The position numbers and the translations under genes were made by a program. Below the pieces are notes generated by a model, which made no database searches, was not told the origin of the DNA, and was given only the letters and a program-made list of their open reading frames with translations. A stretch of 64,000 nt of DNA from Bilabrum cf. latius (Eukaryota). Below are positions 37,938 through 49,732 of this stretch, one piece after another; within the stretch, counting starts at the first letter, position 1; every line of letters starts with the position of its first letter. The DNA is taken from assembly GCA_965178125.1 (NCBI GenBank), contig OZ237750.1:62001-126000 (forward strand). Direction: 5' to 3'.

Positions 37938-40773
37938 TCATTTCCAACCGCCAGCGCTGTCGTCACTGTCAGAATCGACGTCCACGACCGAAGCGGGTAT
38001 GGCGATCATCGCGCTCTTCATAGCGGGGTTCTATTCTGGATTCATAAACACCCCAGTATTCCTCCTCTGCAGCTTCTTTCGTCGGAATCCGCCCGACGAG
38101 TCGCTATCACTGCTGCTATCGCTGCCGTCTCCTGCCCTGCTTGCTGCCTCTTTCTGCAACCGGGCTCGGGTGCTCGCTGGCACGCGAGGGGTGGTCAGCG
38201 TCAGCAGAGAGCCCGTCCCCAGCTTGGCCAGCTTCGGCCGGGACACCATTGACTCTCCCCCGTCCGAATCGGAATCAGAATCCGAGTCCCCTCCTTTTCC
38301 GGGGCCGCCCCTCGGCCCCTGCCCCTTCCCCTTCGACTCCTTCGCGTTGCTGAGAGGGCTGGCCCTGGCCGGTGGAGGCGGCGCGGACTTGCCCGCGCCA
38401 TTGCCTCCGTTCTCCTCGTCGTTACCACCGCCCTCGCTGTCGCTGTCTTTGTCTGCACCCCCTCCTTTGGTCTGGCCCGCGGCCTCCCCTTGCTTGCTGT
38501 CGTCTTCATCTTCATTCTCGTCCTCCTCAAGGATCGCCAGCCGAGCCAGTGCAGCCTGTCTCTTTGCCTCTCTCGAGTCTGCCTTCTTGCCCTTGCTCTT
38601 CGACTTGGAGGCATCATCGTCATCGCCTTCGCCTAGTGCGCCCTTCTTGCCCTTGCCTTTCTTGCCACCCGACTTTGTCTTGGCCGGCTTCGCAGCTGCC
38701 GCTTTCCTAGCCGATGGAGGCGCCTTGCGCACGACAGAGCCCTGCTCATCCTCGTCATCATCCTCGTCGTCGTCGCTCGCATCTTTCTTGAGGACCAGAG
38801 ACACGGAGGACTTCGTGCGGCCCTTCTTGAACTGGCTGAACCTGGCAGCCAGCTGGTCGGCGAAGGAGAGCTGGGCCGTGTGCCCCTTGCCCTTCTTCTT
38901 GTCCTTCTTCTTCTTCTTGTCCTTCTTCTCGCCGTCCTTGTTCTTGCTCTTGCTCACCTGGCGCAGCTTCTTGCCAGCCTAAATCTCCGCCAACAGACCC
39001 ATCGTGCCCCCAGACGCAGGGGCCTCTGCCTCAGCCTCTGCCTCGGCCTGGTTCTCCTCGTTTCCGGCCAGCTGGTCCCCTGCATCCCCGTAGGCCCCGC
39101 CGCCCTTCCCCATGTCCTCGCCAGGCCCGCCGACTCCCTGAGTGCCCCACCCAGCACCCGCATCCTGCGCGTTCGCAACACCCATGCCCGGCATCTCACC
39201 TGCCTGCGCCACGCCCATACCTACAGGCAGCTCGTACCCTGGGTCGGCCCCGGGCTGAGCCCCTGGATATGGGGCCCCTCCAGGGGGCGCCCCGTTGGGG
39301 GGAGGCACCCCAGGGGGGGGCACCCCTGGGGGAGGCACGGCGAGAGCGGGAGCGGGCGCGCCCCAGCTCTAGGTCTGGTGCCCCGGAGGGGGCTGTGACG
39401 AGGGCGGTGGTGGGGGATTGGTTCCGTTAGCTTGCGGTGCCGCGGCTGCGGGAGTGCCTGCCGGCGGCTGCTGTTGTAGTTGTGGTTGTGGGGCGGCCGC
39501 TGGTCTTGCAGGCTGCACGTCCTCAATGGAGAGCACTCCATTCCCCCGCATCATCTCGTTGAGCGCCGTGGGCAGGAGACTCGTGAGGTCCACCTGCGTG
39601 TCGGCAGCGTACCCAACTCCTCCATCAGACGAGGATCCTGCCACTCCGCCGCCACCACCGCCCACCGCGGCCGCTGTCTCCTGGCCCGACCACGTCATAT
39701 CCGCCGTGTTGGGCAGGTTGAGGTTCTGGGGCAGCTCCAGCGCCTCTGCCTCCTTTGCCTGTGGCCTGAAGGAGTAGTCCAGGTCGGAGACGTCCCTTCC
39801 TGCCCGCTGGTCGATGGTCGCGGGTCGGGCGCCGAGGACCCCCCCTTGCTTGGCGGCGCGGCGCCCCTGACCCTCGTCGTCCTGGTCCCCGTCGAGGTTC
39901 GAGCCCCTGCCCGCCTTGCTGGGGTAGTGCTTGTACGGGTTCTGCTTCGAGTTGAAGAGCAGGACCGACGCGCCGCTGCGGAGGGCGGAACGGGCCGGGA
40001 ATAGGCCCAGGCCGCTGGGAGCATCCTCGCCAGGGGGGTCTGTGCGGTCATCCACCAGCCTCGTGCGGCGGAAGAGGTCCCTTAGCTGTCTGCGTGCCTT
40101 TGGGTTGAACGACTCCTCGTCCTCGCCCAGCATCATGGGCTCCTCGCCGTCGTCCTCGCGGAGGGTCGCGGGGTCTGCCCCGGGGGCAGCGTGCGTGATG
40201 GGAGGCATGTCCATGGGCTCGTCCGAGTATACCTGGCCTTCCTAAAGAGATCGAAACGGTGCCGGCTTAGTAAGGCTCGGGGGGTATCGGCTGGATGCAA
40301 ACAGCGCGGTGGAGAGGTTGGGCCGCGCCGCGATGCGCTACACCTTGCGCTCTGCCGCTGCGATCCGACCCTGCAGGGAGCTGAGCCGCTGGCGCTCCTC
40401 GGACACCTGCGATCATGGCATGAGCAGGGACACAAAGTGCGTGCATACGGCTCAATGGGTTCGACCCCTGATCTGGATCGCAACCAGGCCTCGCTAGCCG
40501 AAACACAACTTACACGATTGCGGATTCTGGTAAAGATTTGCGTGCTTGTTCGCTCCAAGTGTCTCAGAGAGTCGTACAATAGCCTACTAATATCTTCATC
40601 GGCCACGTCATGCAGTGCAACTGCGAGCAGATACAGGTTTAGGTACGGCAACTGGGTATGCCAATGCGTGGGCAAGTCAGATGGGGTGCCACCTAAGATT
40701 AATATCGACAACCCGACGGACAGAATGAAATCTTACCAGGCTGAGATACTACCTACGAGCACCGAATAGACAT
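37938..40773 (-). CDS. WASH1: WASH complex subunit 1 (WAHD domain, Pro-rich region, WH2, acidic-Trp C-terminus)
   Basis: Probable exons 40773-40737, 40620-40514, 40406-37938. WAHD-like DSLRHLERTSTQIFTRIRNRV, ASSRYP, SVLLFNSKQNPYKHY, YSFRP, LPQNLNLPNTADMTW. WH2 LLAEI*AGKKLRQV. End DSDSDDSAGGWK-TGA is reached only through the TAG at 38031. Confidence 0.88.
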
Positions 40774-41044
40774 GGTGCCCCCTTCTTCAGCAGAAAGGAG
40801 TGCATTCCAGGAAATTTCGATGCTTGTGCTTAAGTGCACGTTATCTTCCAACGTATATCAGAGTGAAAATCCAAGCAATCCACTCACAAACCGAGCCTCT
40901 GCTTCACCGTACAGCAAGTCCAAGCCTAGTCACTCCTAAGGGGTGAATGACCCGAGTATTTACTACCGGCTGCCAGCATCACAACTTGTAACTGACGGCC
41001 CCCGCAAGGTATATCCTCCTACTTTAAGCAACGAGGGCCTCAGC

Positions 41045-43018
41045 ATGTCAAACGCAATCTTTCTGGATGCGGATGTAGCAGTAGAGGCACCGGGCTGTAC
41101 AACTACGGCCAAACATATCATTTCAACTCAGCGGTACGATTCTACCGTCGTTGATGTCGCGGAACTGAGCGGATCAGACGAAGCTCCCCGCCTGATCGCT
41201 CGCCCGGAAACCAAGTCTGTCACCTTCCTAACGGAGCGCAAGGTGCCGAAGCTCGGCGTGATGCTCGTCGGTTGGGGTGGTAACAATGGTACCACTGTGA
41301 CAGCGGGCGTCCTGGCCAACAAGCACGGCATGTCGTGGCGCACACGTCGCGGCGAGCAAAAGGCGGACTGGACCGGGTCGGTCGTAATGGCGTCCACCGT
41401 GCGGGTCGGGGCCACGGCCGGCGGCCGCGATGTCTACGCCCCCTTGCGCTCCCTCCTCCCCATCGCGGACCCGGCAGCCCTGGAAATCGGCGGCTGGGAC
41501 ATCTCGGGCATGCCACTGGCAGACGCCATGGAGCGCGCCGCAGTGCTGCCCGTGGATCTCCAGAGGCAGCTCCGCCCCATGATGGAGAAGATGGGCACCC
41601 CGCTCCCGGGTGCCTTCGACCCCGCATTTGTGGCTCCGAATCAGGGGGCCCGGGCGAACCACGTGCTGGAAGGCAGCAAGCAGGCCCAGCTGGAGGCCAT
41701 CAGGGAACACATCCGGGCCTTCAAGGAGGAGCGCGGGGTGGACAGGATCGTCGTGCTATGGACCGCCAACACGGAGCGGTTCTCCGTGCTCGAGGGTCCC
41801 GCCAGGGAACAAGGCAAGGCCCTCCTGGAGGCCATCGCGGCGGGGGGCGAGGCAGCCTCCGAGGTGGCCCCTTCCGTTCTGTACGCAGTCGCAGCCGCAC
41901 TGGAGGGCTGCCTCTTCGTGAACGGGAGCCCCCAGAACACCCTGCTTCCTTCCGTGGTGGACCTGGCCACGTCTCAGGGAACACACGTGGGCGGAGACGA
42001 CTTCAAGAGCGGGCAGACCAAGATCAAGAGCGTGCTGGTGGACTTCCTGGTGCAGGCCGGCATGAAGCCCTGCAGCATCGCCAGCTACAACCACCTGGGG
42101 AACAACGACGGCTACAACCTGTCGCACCCCCCTCAGTTCCGTTCCAAGGAGGTGAGCAAGTCCAGCGTGGTGGACGACGTGGTTGCCTCCAACGGCCTGC
42201 TGTACGACCACGCGAGGGGAGAGGTCCCCGACCACTGCGTGGTGATCAAGTACGTCCCCCACGTGGGTGACAGCAAGCGGGCCATGGACGAGTACTGCTC
42301 CAGGATCTTCCTGGGCGGGGAGCACACGCTGGCCATCCACAACACGTGCGAGGACAGCCTCCTCGCCGCTCCGCTGATCATCGATCTCGTGCTGCTGGCA
42401 GAGGTGCTCGCCCGGGTGAGCGTGTCGGGCCTCGATGGAGGAGAGGCAGGTGCGGAAGACGAGGTGGCAGCGACGGCCACGGCAGGAAAGGCACCGCCGG
42501 CTGTCGGCGGTGCCACGGGGGGGGCCGCAGCAAGCAGTGGCGAGGAAGAGGCCAAGGAGGGGGAGGAAGCCGGTTCCGGAACGGAAGTTGGCGCCGCGCA
42601 TTCTCCCCAGCGCTTCCACGCCGTGCTATCCCTCCTCTCGTACCTCCTGAAGGCGCCCGCCGTCCCCGAGGGCGCCCCCGTGGTGAACGCCCTCGCCGCC
42701 CAGAGGGGCGCGCTGTGCAACGTGCTAAGGGCCGCGGCTGGGCTCCCAGCGGAGACCCACATGCGGCTGGAGCACCTGTTCCGGTCTTCCAGGGAGTCAA
42801 CGGGGTCCACTGTGGCTGCGGCTGCGGCTGCAAAGAAGAAGACGAAGACCGCCGGCCTGCCGGTCTCTCGCCTCGACGAGATGGCGGCCCGCATGGATGC
42901 CGCCCGGGCGCGGTCTGTGGCTGCCGGAAAAGAGGGGGCGGCGGAGGGAGTCGCGGCGGGTCGGGGGCTGGTGGGTGCCCGTTCCTCTGCAGGGGGTGTC
43001 AAGGCGCTCTCCGCTTGA
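41045..43018 (+). CDS. INO1: myo-inositol-1-phosphate synthase
   Basis: GWGGNNG, LWTANTERF, NGSPQNT, GDDFKSGQTK, SYNHLGNNDG, HNTCEDSLLAAP; ends TGA; no in-frame TAG. Confidence 0.97.
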   Translation: MSNAIFLDADVAVEAPGCTTTAKHIISTQRYDSTVVDVAELSGSDEAPRLIARPETKSVTFLTERKVPKLGVMLVGWGGNNGTTVTAGVLANKHGMSWRTRRGEQKADWTGSVVMASTVRVGATAGGRDVYAPLRSLLPIADPAALEIGGWDISGMPLADAMERAAVLPVDLQRQLRPMMEKMGTPLPGAFDPAFVAPNQGARANHVLEGSKQAQLEAIREHIRAFKEERGVDRIVVLWTANTERFSVLEGPAREQGKALLEAIAAGGEAASEVAPSVLYAVAAALEGCLFVNGSPQNTLLPSVVDLATSQGTHVGGDDFKSGQTKIKSVLVDFLVQAGMKPCSIASYNHLGNNDGYNLSHPPQFRSKEVSKSSVVDDVVASNGLLYDHARGEVPDHCVVIKYVPHVGDSKRAMDEYCSRIFLGGEHTLAIHNTCEDSLLAAPLIIDLVLLAEVLARVSVSGLDGGEAGAEDEVAATATAGKAPPAVGGATGGAAASSGEEEAKEGEEAGSGTEVGAAHSPQRFHAVLSLLSYLLKAPAVPEGAPVVNALAAQRGALCNVLRAAAGLPAETHMRLEHLFRSSRESTGSTVAAAAAAKKKTKTAGLPVSRLDEMAARMDAARARSVAAGKEGAAEGVAAGRGLVGARSSAGGVKALSA

Positions 43019-43630
43019 GGGACGCCCCTTGTTGGGGGTTGGGTGCTGGGGTTGGGGTTGGGGTTGGGCGTTGCGCCCGGATGTGTCGCTGATCCGATCC
43101 ACCTCTGGCAGAGGTGCTCGCGCTGCCATTGTGCGGCGTGGTCTCCTTTTATTGGTGGATTGCGTGGTCAGCTCTTTGCTTGCAGGAGCAAGTGAGCAAG
43201 TGCTGCTGCTGGCCCTTGACATTCTCCTTTGATGGTGCTTCCACAGGGGAGAGGTGAGAGGTGCAGCAGCGGTGGCGGCGGCACGTGGCTTGGTACACGT
43301 GATGCACCTGTTATTGAGGCAGGTCTTCGTGTGAATCGCTTCGCTGCGTGTTGGTGCTGTTGGTGCCTGTGCGCTGGTCGACGTAGATCGCCAGTTTCGG
43401 CACTGCCAGCACTCTTTTTCGCAGCCGATCCGTGTTGGTATCTTGAATTATAGGTGCAAACAGGGATAAACTTGAATACCAAGTATGGCAGAGGCTTAGA
43501 TTTCATGTAAACACAAACCTGCAGTCACTGTGACCGCATGCGACTCCACAGGTCAAAGCTGGGTGAGACCTTGAAAGAATCATTGGGAAAATGAACTAAA
43601 ACACGAACAGTAAGCTCTAAAAGACACAAC

Positions 43631-46600
43631 TCATCCCTCCATGGCCTCCTCGTCCTCCATCATGGCGTCACCACCACCAGCCACCGCTCCGCGCTTGCGC
43701 GCGCTGCTCGCGGCTGCCCCTGACGCCGCGCGGCCCCCTGCAGCCGCCTTGCCGGCACCCTGGGCAGCGGCGTCTTCCTCTTGCATGATGGTGTGCACGA
43801 AGCCCAGGGCCTGTGCCTGCGTCTAGGACACCACGCGGCTGCTTTTGTGCTCAAAGGCGATGCCAAACCACCTGTCGGCGACACGCACCAGCTCGGGACG
43901 GAACGTAGTGGTGATGAACTGCGCGGCCCTCCGCTTGCTGTGCGCTTGCCTCTGGACCAAAGCCGCCACTGCTCTCCGATGGGTGGGGTCGAGGGCCTGG
44001 TCGATCTCGTCGAACAGGTAAAAAGGGGCGGGGTCGCACCTCTGGATCGCGAAGATGAGGGCGAGGGCCACGAGAGTGGCCTGGCCCCCGGAGAGAGTCT
44101 GCATCGGGTGCGGCGTGTCGCGCTCGTTGAACGATACCTTGATCTGCACGCCTTTGAACCTGGGCACCAGTGCCAGTACCCGCTCCAGCTCCTCGCTCGT
44201 CTCCTCCTCTTCCGCTTCTTCCTCTCCATCCCCCTCCTCGTCCTCGTCATCCTCTTCCAGCTCGTCCTCGTCCTCGTCATCCATGCCCCGCCGCCTCCTC
44301 CTCCCACCCGACCGCCTGCTCGCCGCCTCTTGCTCCCCAACGGCCCGCGCCGCCTCCTCGTCATCGAAGTCCAGTCCAGCGAGCCCCTCCGACGTGAGGT
44401 CGAACTCGCCCCCGTCCTCGTCCTCCTCCGCCTCTCCCTCCGACTCAGACTCGCCTTCCTTCCGCTCCACGGCACCAGATCCGGCCTCCTCCTCCTTGCC
44501 CCCCCCCTCTTCAACGTCGTCCTCATCGTCCTCTCCCTCCTCCGCAGCAGCCGCCGATGCCCTCGCGCTCGGTCTCTTGCGCTTGCCCACGCGCATGTAC
44601 AGACGCCCCTGACCCCTAGGCACCAGCTCGGAGAACACGGTGGCGAAGTGCTGCGCCACGCCGCGGAAGGTCCTGAGAAGCGCCTTGTCCTTGCGCCTGT
44701 CCAGTAGCGAGATCATCTGCTCCAGCTTGCCCGCCGCGCTGGACATGCCCCCGCGCCTGTGCTGCAGCTCGTCGCGCCTCTTGGCGAAGGCCTGGTGCTG
44801 GTCGATGGCCTTCCTGTTGACGTGGGCGTATTTCTTTAGGTCCGCGTTGACCCTCTTGAGGTCCTTCATCAGCGCCTTCCTGTGCTTGCCCTGCAGCGCC
44901 TCGAGCTCCTCCCTCCCCACCGTGCCGAGGTCCCTGATCTTGTTGGCGCACTCCTCCCTCTTCCTCTCCAGCATCCTGCGCTTGTCGGTGACCTGGTCCC
45001 GCTCCTCCTGCAGCCGCTCCAGCTCCTTCCGGTCCGTGGTCTGCACCTCCAGGAGCGTGCCCACGTCGGACTGTTCCTTGGTCAGCTGCCCCCTCGCCTC
45101 CTTCAGCCGAGACTCCACCTCTTGCAGGCGGGATGTGGCCGCGTCCTCGGCAGCCTTGGCCTCCTCAAGCGCGGCCTGGGACTCGCGCACCAGCCCGTCC
45201 AGCCCGCCCTCCGCGCCGTCGCCACCGTCCTCCCCACCCAGACCGCCGTGCTGCACCCCCAGCCTGGCACGCAGCGACTCGGCCCTGCGGTCGAGGTTCT
45301 CCCTGAGCCTCGCCTCCAGGCTCTTGACCTCCGCCTCCAGGTCGCCCACCCTCACGCCGGCCCTGCCCTCCTCCTCACGGAGCGCCGCAAGGCGGTCCTC
45401 CAGCCCTGCCAGCTCCTCCTTGGCCTCGTCGCTGCCTCCCTTCTGCAGCTTGGTGCCGATTTCCTCCTCGTACGAGGACACCTGCGCCTCCAGGCCGGCC
45501 ACCTCGGTGCGCAGCTCGGCGGCGCGCGCTGCCTGTGCCCTGGCCTTGGCACCCGCCTCCTCCACAGCAGCGGCCGCGTCCTGGCGGCCCTTCCGAGCCG
45601 TGGCGGCCTCGTCCCTGGCCCGAGCCCGCCTGGCCTCCAGTTCCTGGTGCTGCTGCCGCACCTGCAGCGCGGCCTGCCCCAGCCGGTCTGCCTCGTCGGC
45701 TGCCCTCCTCTGCGCGGTCCTGGCCTGCAGGAGCTGCTCCCTCACCTTGATCAGCGCGGCGTGGGAGGACAATCGGCTGGTCTCCGGGTCGAGGAACCCG
45801 CCGCTCATGGTGCCGCCCTTCTCCACCCGGTCCCCGTGCAGCGTAACGCCCTCCCACCCGCCGGGCAGCTTGCTCACCTTCACGCAGGTGGCAGCGTCCC
45901 TGCAGAGCATCACCTTGCCGAAGACCTGGGCCACGGCGGGCTCCACGTCGTCCTCGTAGTTCAGCCTCTCGATCAGCGGAACTGCGTCGTTGCTGCGCGG
46001 CGCCGCGTCCACGCCCTCGTAGGCTGGGAGCCTCTTCAGCGGCACGAAGGTAACGCGGCCCCTCCTCGTCTTCTGCAGGTGCCGGATGCACCGCGCCGCC
46101 ACGGCTTCGTCCTCCACGATCACGTTGAACAGCCTGAGCCCGGCCACGCTCTCCGCTGCCACGTGGAACCTGTGTCCTGTGGGCACGGCCAGCTCCAGCA
46201 GGGTCCCCTTGATGCCCTCCCACCCTTCCTCCTCCTGCAGCCGCCTCACCTCGAGGAGGCCAGACCGCAGCTGGGCTGGCAGCCCCCGCAGCGTCTTCTC
46301 GTCCGCGTCCGTCCTGGCCTTGGCGAGCTCGTCCACGGTCGCCTGCGCGTCTTTCTCCTCCTTCAGGTGCTCCAGGCGGGACCGCAGCAGCTCGGAACGC
46401 TTGTTCCCCAACTCGTCCAGGTCCTTGGAGGCCTTGGCGTAGGCGGCCGCGGCCTTGTCCGCCTGCTTCTCGAGCTTGGGCACGGCCGCTTCCGCGTCGC
46501 TGGACCGCTTGCCAGCCGCGGCCGCCTCCCCGTCGCACGCCTTGATCTGCGCCTGCCTCGCCTCGATCTCCGCCCGCAGCTCCCTCACTTGTTCCCTGAG

Positions 46601-48270
46601 CCAGGCATCTCTCTTGGAGGCGCTCTTGAACTGCCCCGACCTCCCGAGCCTGGCGTACAGGGCGTCCACCTCTGCCTGCGCCTCCTGCACCTCCGTTCTG
46701 GCCTTGTCCCTGGCCTGGCTCGCCTCCTCCAGCTTGGGTCGCAGCTCGACCCTCAGCCGCTCCCTCTCCGCGGATGCCTCCGCCTCCACCTCCTCCAGCT
46801 GTGCCTGGATCGTCTCCTCCCCGCTCGCCTCTTCCGCCGCCCTCGCCTTGGACTCCTCTGCCTTGGCTGCGGCAGCCACCCTTGCCCTGGTCAAAGAGGG
46901 GAGCTGCGCCGCGAGCTGCTCCCTTTCGGCTCCGAGTGCCTCCGCCTGCTGCTGGAGCTGCGCCACCGCCCCCTCCGCCTTTTGCAGCGCCGTCCTGGTC
47001 TCGGCCAGCTTGCGGTATGCCTCGTCGATCTCCTCCCTGCCGCTCACATAGGCGTCCTCGAGCGTCTGGAGCTTCTCCTCCGCGCCCGCAAGCTCCCTGT
47101 GGAAGAGAGCGTACTCGATGGCGTGCCTGGCCCTGTCCAGCTTCTCGAAGTCCTGCAGCTCCTGCTGCTCGCCCCTGAGCTCTTCCAGCCGGTCCTGCAT
47201 GTAGGCGAGGGACCGGTCCACTTCCCGCAGCCGGTCGTTGGTGTCTCGCAGGAGCCCGGTGGATTCCTTCCTCTTCGTTTCATACACACCGGTGCCTGCG
47301 ATCTCCTCGAGGAGCTTGAGCCTCTGGGTGTCGCCCGATTTGGCGAGCTGCGCCACGCGGCCCTGCTTGACGATGTAGTAGGGGTTGGAGGCGGAGAACC
47401 CGGCGGATTCGAGGAGGGACATGACTTCCTTGCGGGGAGTCGTCTTTCGGTTGATGAAGAACGTATCCTTCTTGATGCCGATCGACCGGCGGATCGCCAC
47501 CTCGTCGTCCTCGTGCTGCACAGATGCGGGAAAAAGGTGAACAGAAAGATGTACGTCCGCGTGCAGTCTTAAAAAGGTCGATTTTATATACGTTTCCAGG
47601 GTCTACTGTGCAAAATTACGATGGATGCGAGCTACGCTGCCCGGTATCGAGTTCGAAAATGCGCCTGGTGCAACTCACCTGCAACCTCCCGTCGCTGTTG
47701 TCAAAGACGATCTCGACGTACGCCTGAGCCGCTGATCGACCTGCACCTTCATGCAAAAGCCGACGACGATCCTCCTGGCGCAAATTGGTGAATCGGTCAC
47801 TCAGCACGAACTCCACGGCTGCGAGAATACGGACAGGGTTTGAATTCGCTCTACATGGGGATACGAAGAGCATTCGTGGAACACGCTGCTACCAAATAAT
47901 AGTCGACTGAGATTATAATCAAATCGTCTAGCATGCCAGGTCGATTATGCGAAGAACGGCCGGAATAGTGCAGCGAGCAACTGCTTGGGGCCGCCCAGAA
48001 CGGGACGCTTGAAATACAGCCTCACCGTCGAAATAGTTGGACTTTCCCGACCCGTTTCTTCCAACTGCACGAACTAATAGTAGAAACATCAAGTGTTTGG
48101 CGCTACAGAAGCGAAGCAAATGAACGTGCTTCGAGCAGCAGCGCTCCTGTAAGCTGCATAGAAGGCTTCGTCTCACTGACTACGTTGTGCCCTTCTGAAA
48201 AGGGCGTATCCGTGCTCTTCTGCTCATGGTATGACTTAAATCCTTCAATATGGATAAACTTAATATGCAT
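43631..48270 (-). CDS. SMC3: Cohesin subunit SMC3
   Basis: Exons 48270-48177, 48064-48026, 47818-47679, 47515-43631. MHIKFIHIEGFKSY, GRNGSGKSN, GFSASNPYYIVKQG, hinge GRVTFVPL, LSGGQ...CDPAPFYLFDEIDQALD, QFITTTFRPEL. One TAG at 43823 precedes the terminal helix TQAQALGFV; TGA at 43631. Confidence 0.96.
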
Positions 48271-48446
48271 TCTGGCCTTCCAGTAGAGGCCAGACTGGGC
48301 TGATCGACTTCGTCTCGATCGACGACAAAATCAGATTCTTATATTTATGGCACCTTACTTTACGAGAAAAGCAGCGTCCTCGGTTTGCCCAGAATTTACC
48401 TCATTATGGCCGTCAAAAGGAGATAAAATTCAAGAGACTAATCAAT
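48271..48446. promoter_or_regulatory. Short divergent intergenic region (likely bidirectional promoter) between SMC3 and ADAT2
   Basis: 176 bp, relatively AT-rich, between head-to-head ATGs. Similar layouts at 2037-2393, 40774-41044 and 55982-56515. Promoter function is inferred from position only. Confidence 0.55.
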
Positions 48447-49370
48447 ATGGAGTCTTTCAAACCGTCAGATGAAGACTACATGCGTGTGGCCTTCGAAGAA
48501 GTGAGACTCTTGATTGTGATTGCACAGTTCCCAGCGTGGCGGCCGCAGTATTGCGATATCGAAGCGCGACCGCACCGTATCATCCGAATGTACGCAGGCT
48601 CGTGTTGCCTTGAAGCGCCGAGAAGTTCCAGTAGGGTGTGCTTTCGTGGATAAGCGATCGGGGCAAGTCATCTTGAGAGCCTCGAACCGTACAAATGCAA
48701 CCTACAACGTGAGGTATACCGATCGTCCGCGCAATGCTTCAGCCTATATTCTTTGTGCCTCAATCTGTGTGGGAATCGCCTCTTGCTACTCTCCGTGAGC
48801 GCAGCCGACGGCACACGCCGAGGTGGTGGGAATCGATCGAATCCTGGCGCACGCCCCCACAAGGAAGGAGGGACTGGAACTGCTGCGAAATTGCGAGCTG
48901 TACGTGACTGTAGAACCGTGCATCATGTGCGCCGGTGCTTTGGCACGGGTTGGCATATCTAGGGTTGTGTTCGGGTGCTCCAACTCGATATTCGGGGGTT
49001 GTGGCAGTGTGGTCGCAGTGCACGAGGGCAGCGTGTTCCGCCCGGGGCCGAGGCACACGCCCTTTGACGCCCTCGGTGGCGTCTTGGAGGACGATGCGGT
49101 AGATCTGCTGCGTTAGTTTTACTCTAGGGGAAATGTGCGCGCCCCTAGGCCGCAGCGGCCAGTGGTGGCATCGCCCACTATTAGTGCCCCGGGATCGGGA
49201 TCGGCACCTGGCGACCCCGTGGCTGTGGACCGCTAGTCTCGCGGGGCAGGGGCTTTGGCGGGTAGCAAGGCTGGAACAAAGGCGGCTGGTCATAGCAGCG
49301 GTGCGGGCAGTGAAGGGATGCAGGGGGGTGCAGCAGCCGGCGCATCCGCATGCACATGCTCTTCGACAAT

Positions 49371-49427
<57 letters not shown>

Positions 49428-49587
49428 CAGCAGCAGTAGCAGCAGCAGTCGAGGTAGCCATATGGCTGCGGCCAGCTCAAAGTTAGGACAGGTAGATCCT
49501 GTGGCAGGGGCAGGGAATGGAGTCAAGGCCTCTGTTCCGATGGGAGGGGGGCATGGGTTGGACAGAGGTGCCGGGCCGGTGGGGTGA
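48447..49587 (+). CDS. ADAT2: tRNA-specific adenosine-34 deaminase catalytic subunit
   Basis: Exons 48447-48500, 48598-48708, 48805-49587. EVPVGC, HAE, LYVTVEPCIMC, FGGCGSV, AVDLLR*FYSRGNVRAP (TAG 49114; second TAG 49234); poly-Ser tail; TGA. Confidence 0.92.
49371..49448. repeat. (AGC/AGT)n microsatellite encoding poly-Ser in the ADAT2 tail
   Basis: About 26 AGY triplets in frame. Confidence 0.9.
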
Positions 49588-49732
49588 CGTGCATCGTATC
49601 AGTCCACAGGCAATTCCACTTCTTTCATTTGAAGCCAGTGTTGGCGAGCAATCCATCGAATGCAAGCACTAAAACAAACAGCCACGCATATTCGCACACT
49701 CGCAGCATTCGCCCTGATGGCTGCTCGTCCCC

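Noticed and set aside
44640-47572. Long plus-strand ORFs (e.g. 896 aa) opposite SMC3, and similar shadows elsewhere
   Set aside because: Antisense shadows of GC-rich coding sequence with no recognisable motifs.
49371-49448. CAG/TAG run as poly-Gln evidence for the recoding
   Set aside because: In the ADAT2 frame it reads AGC/AGT (poly-Ser), so it is uninformative.
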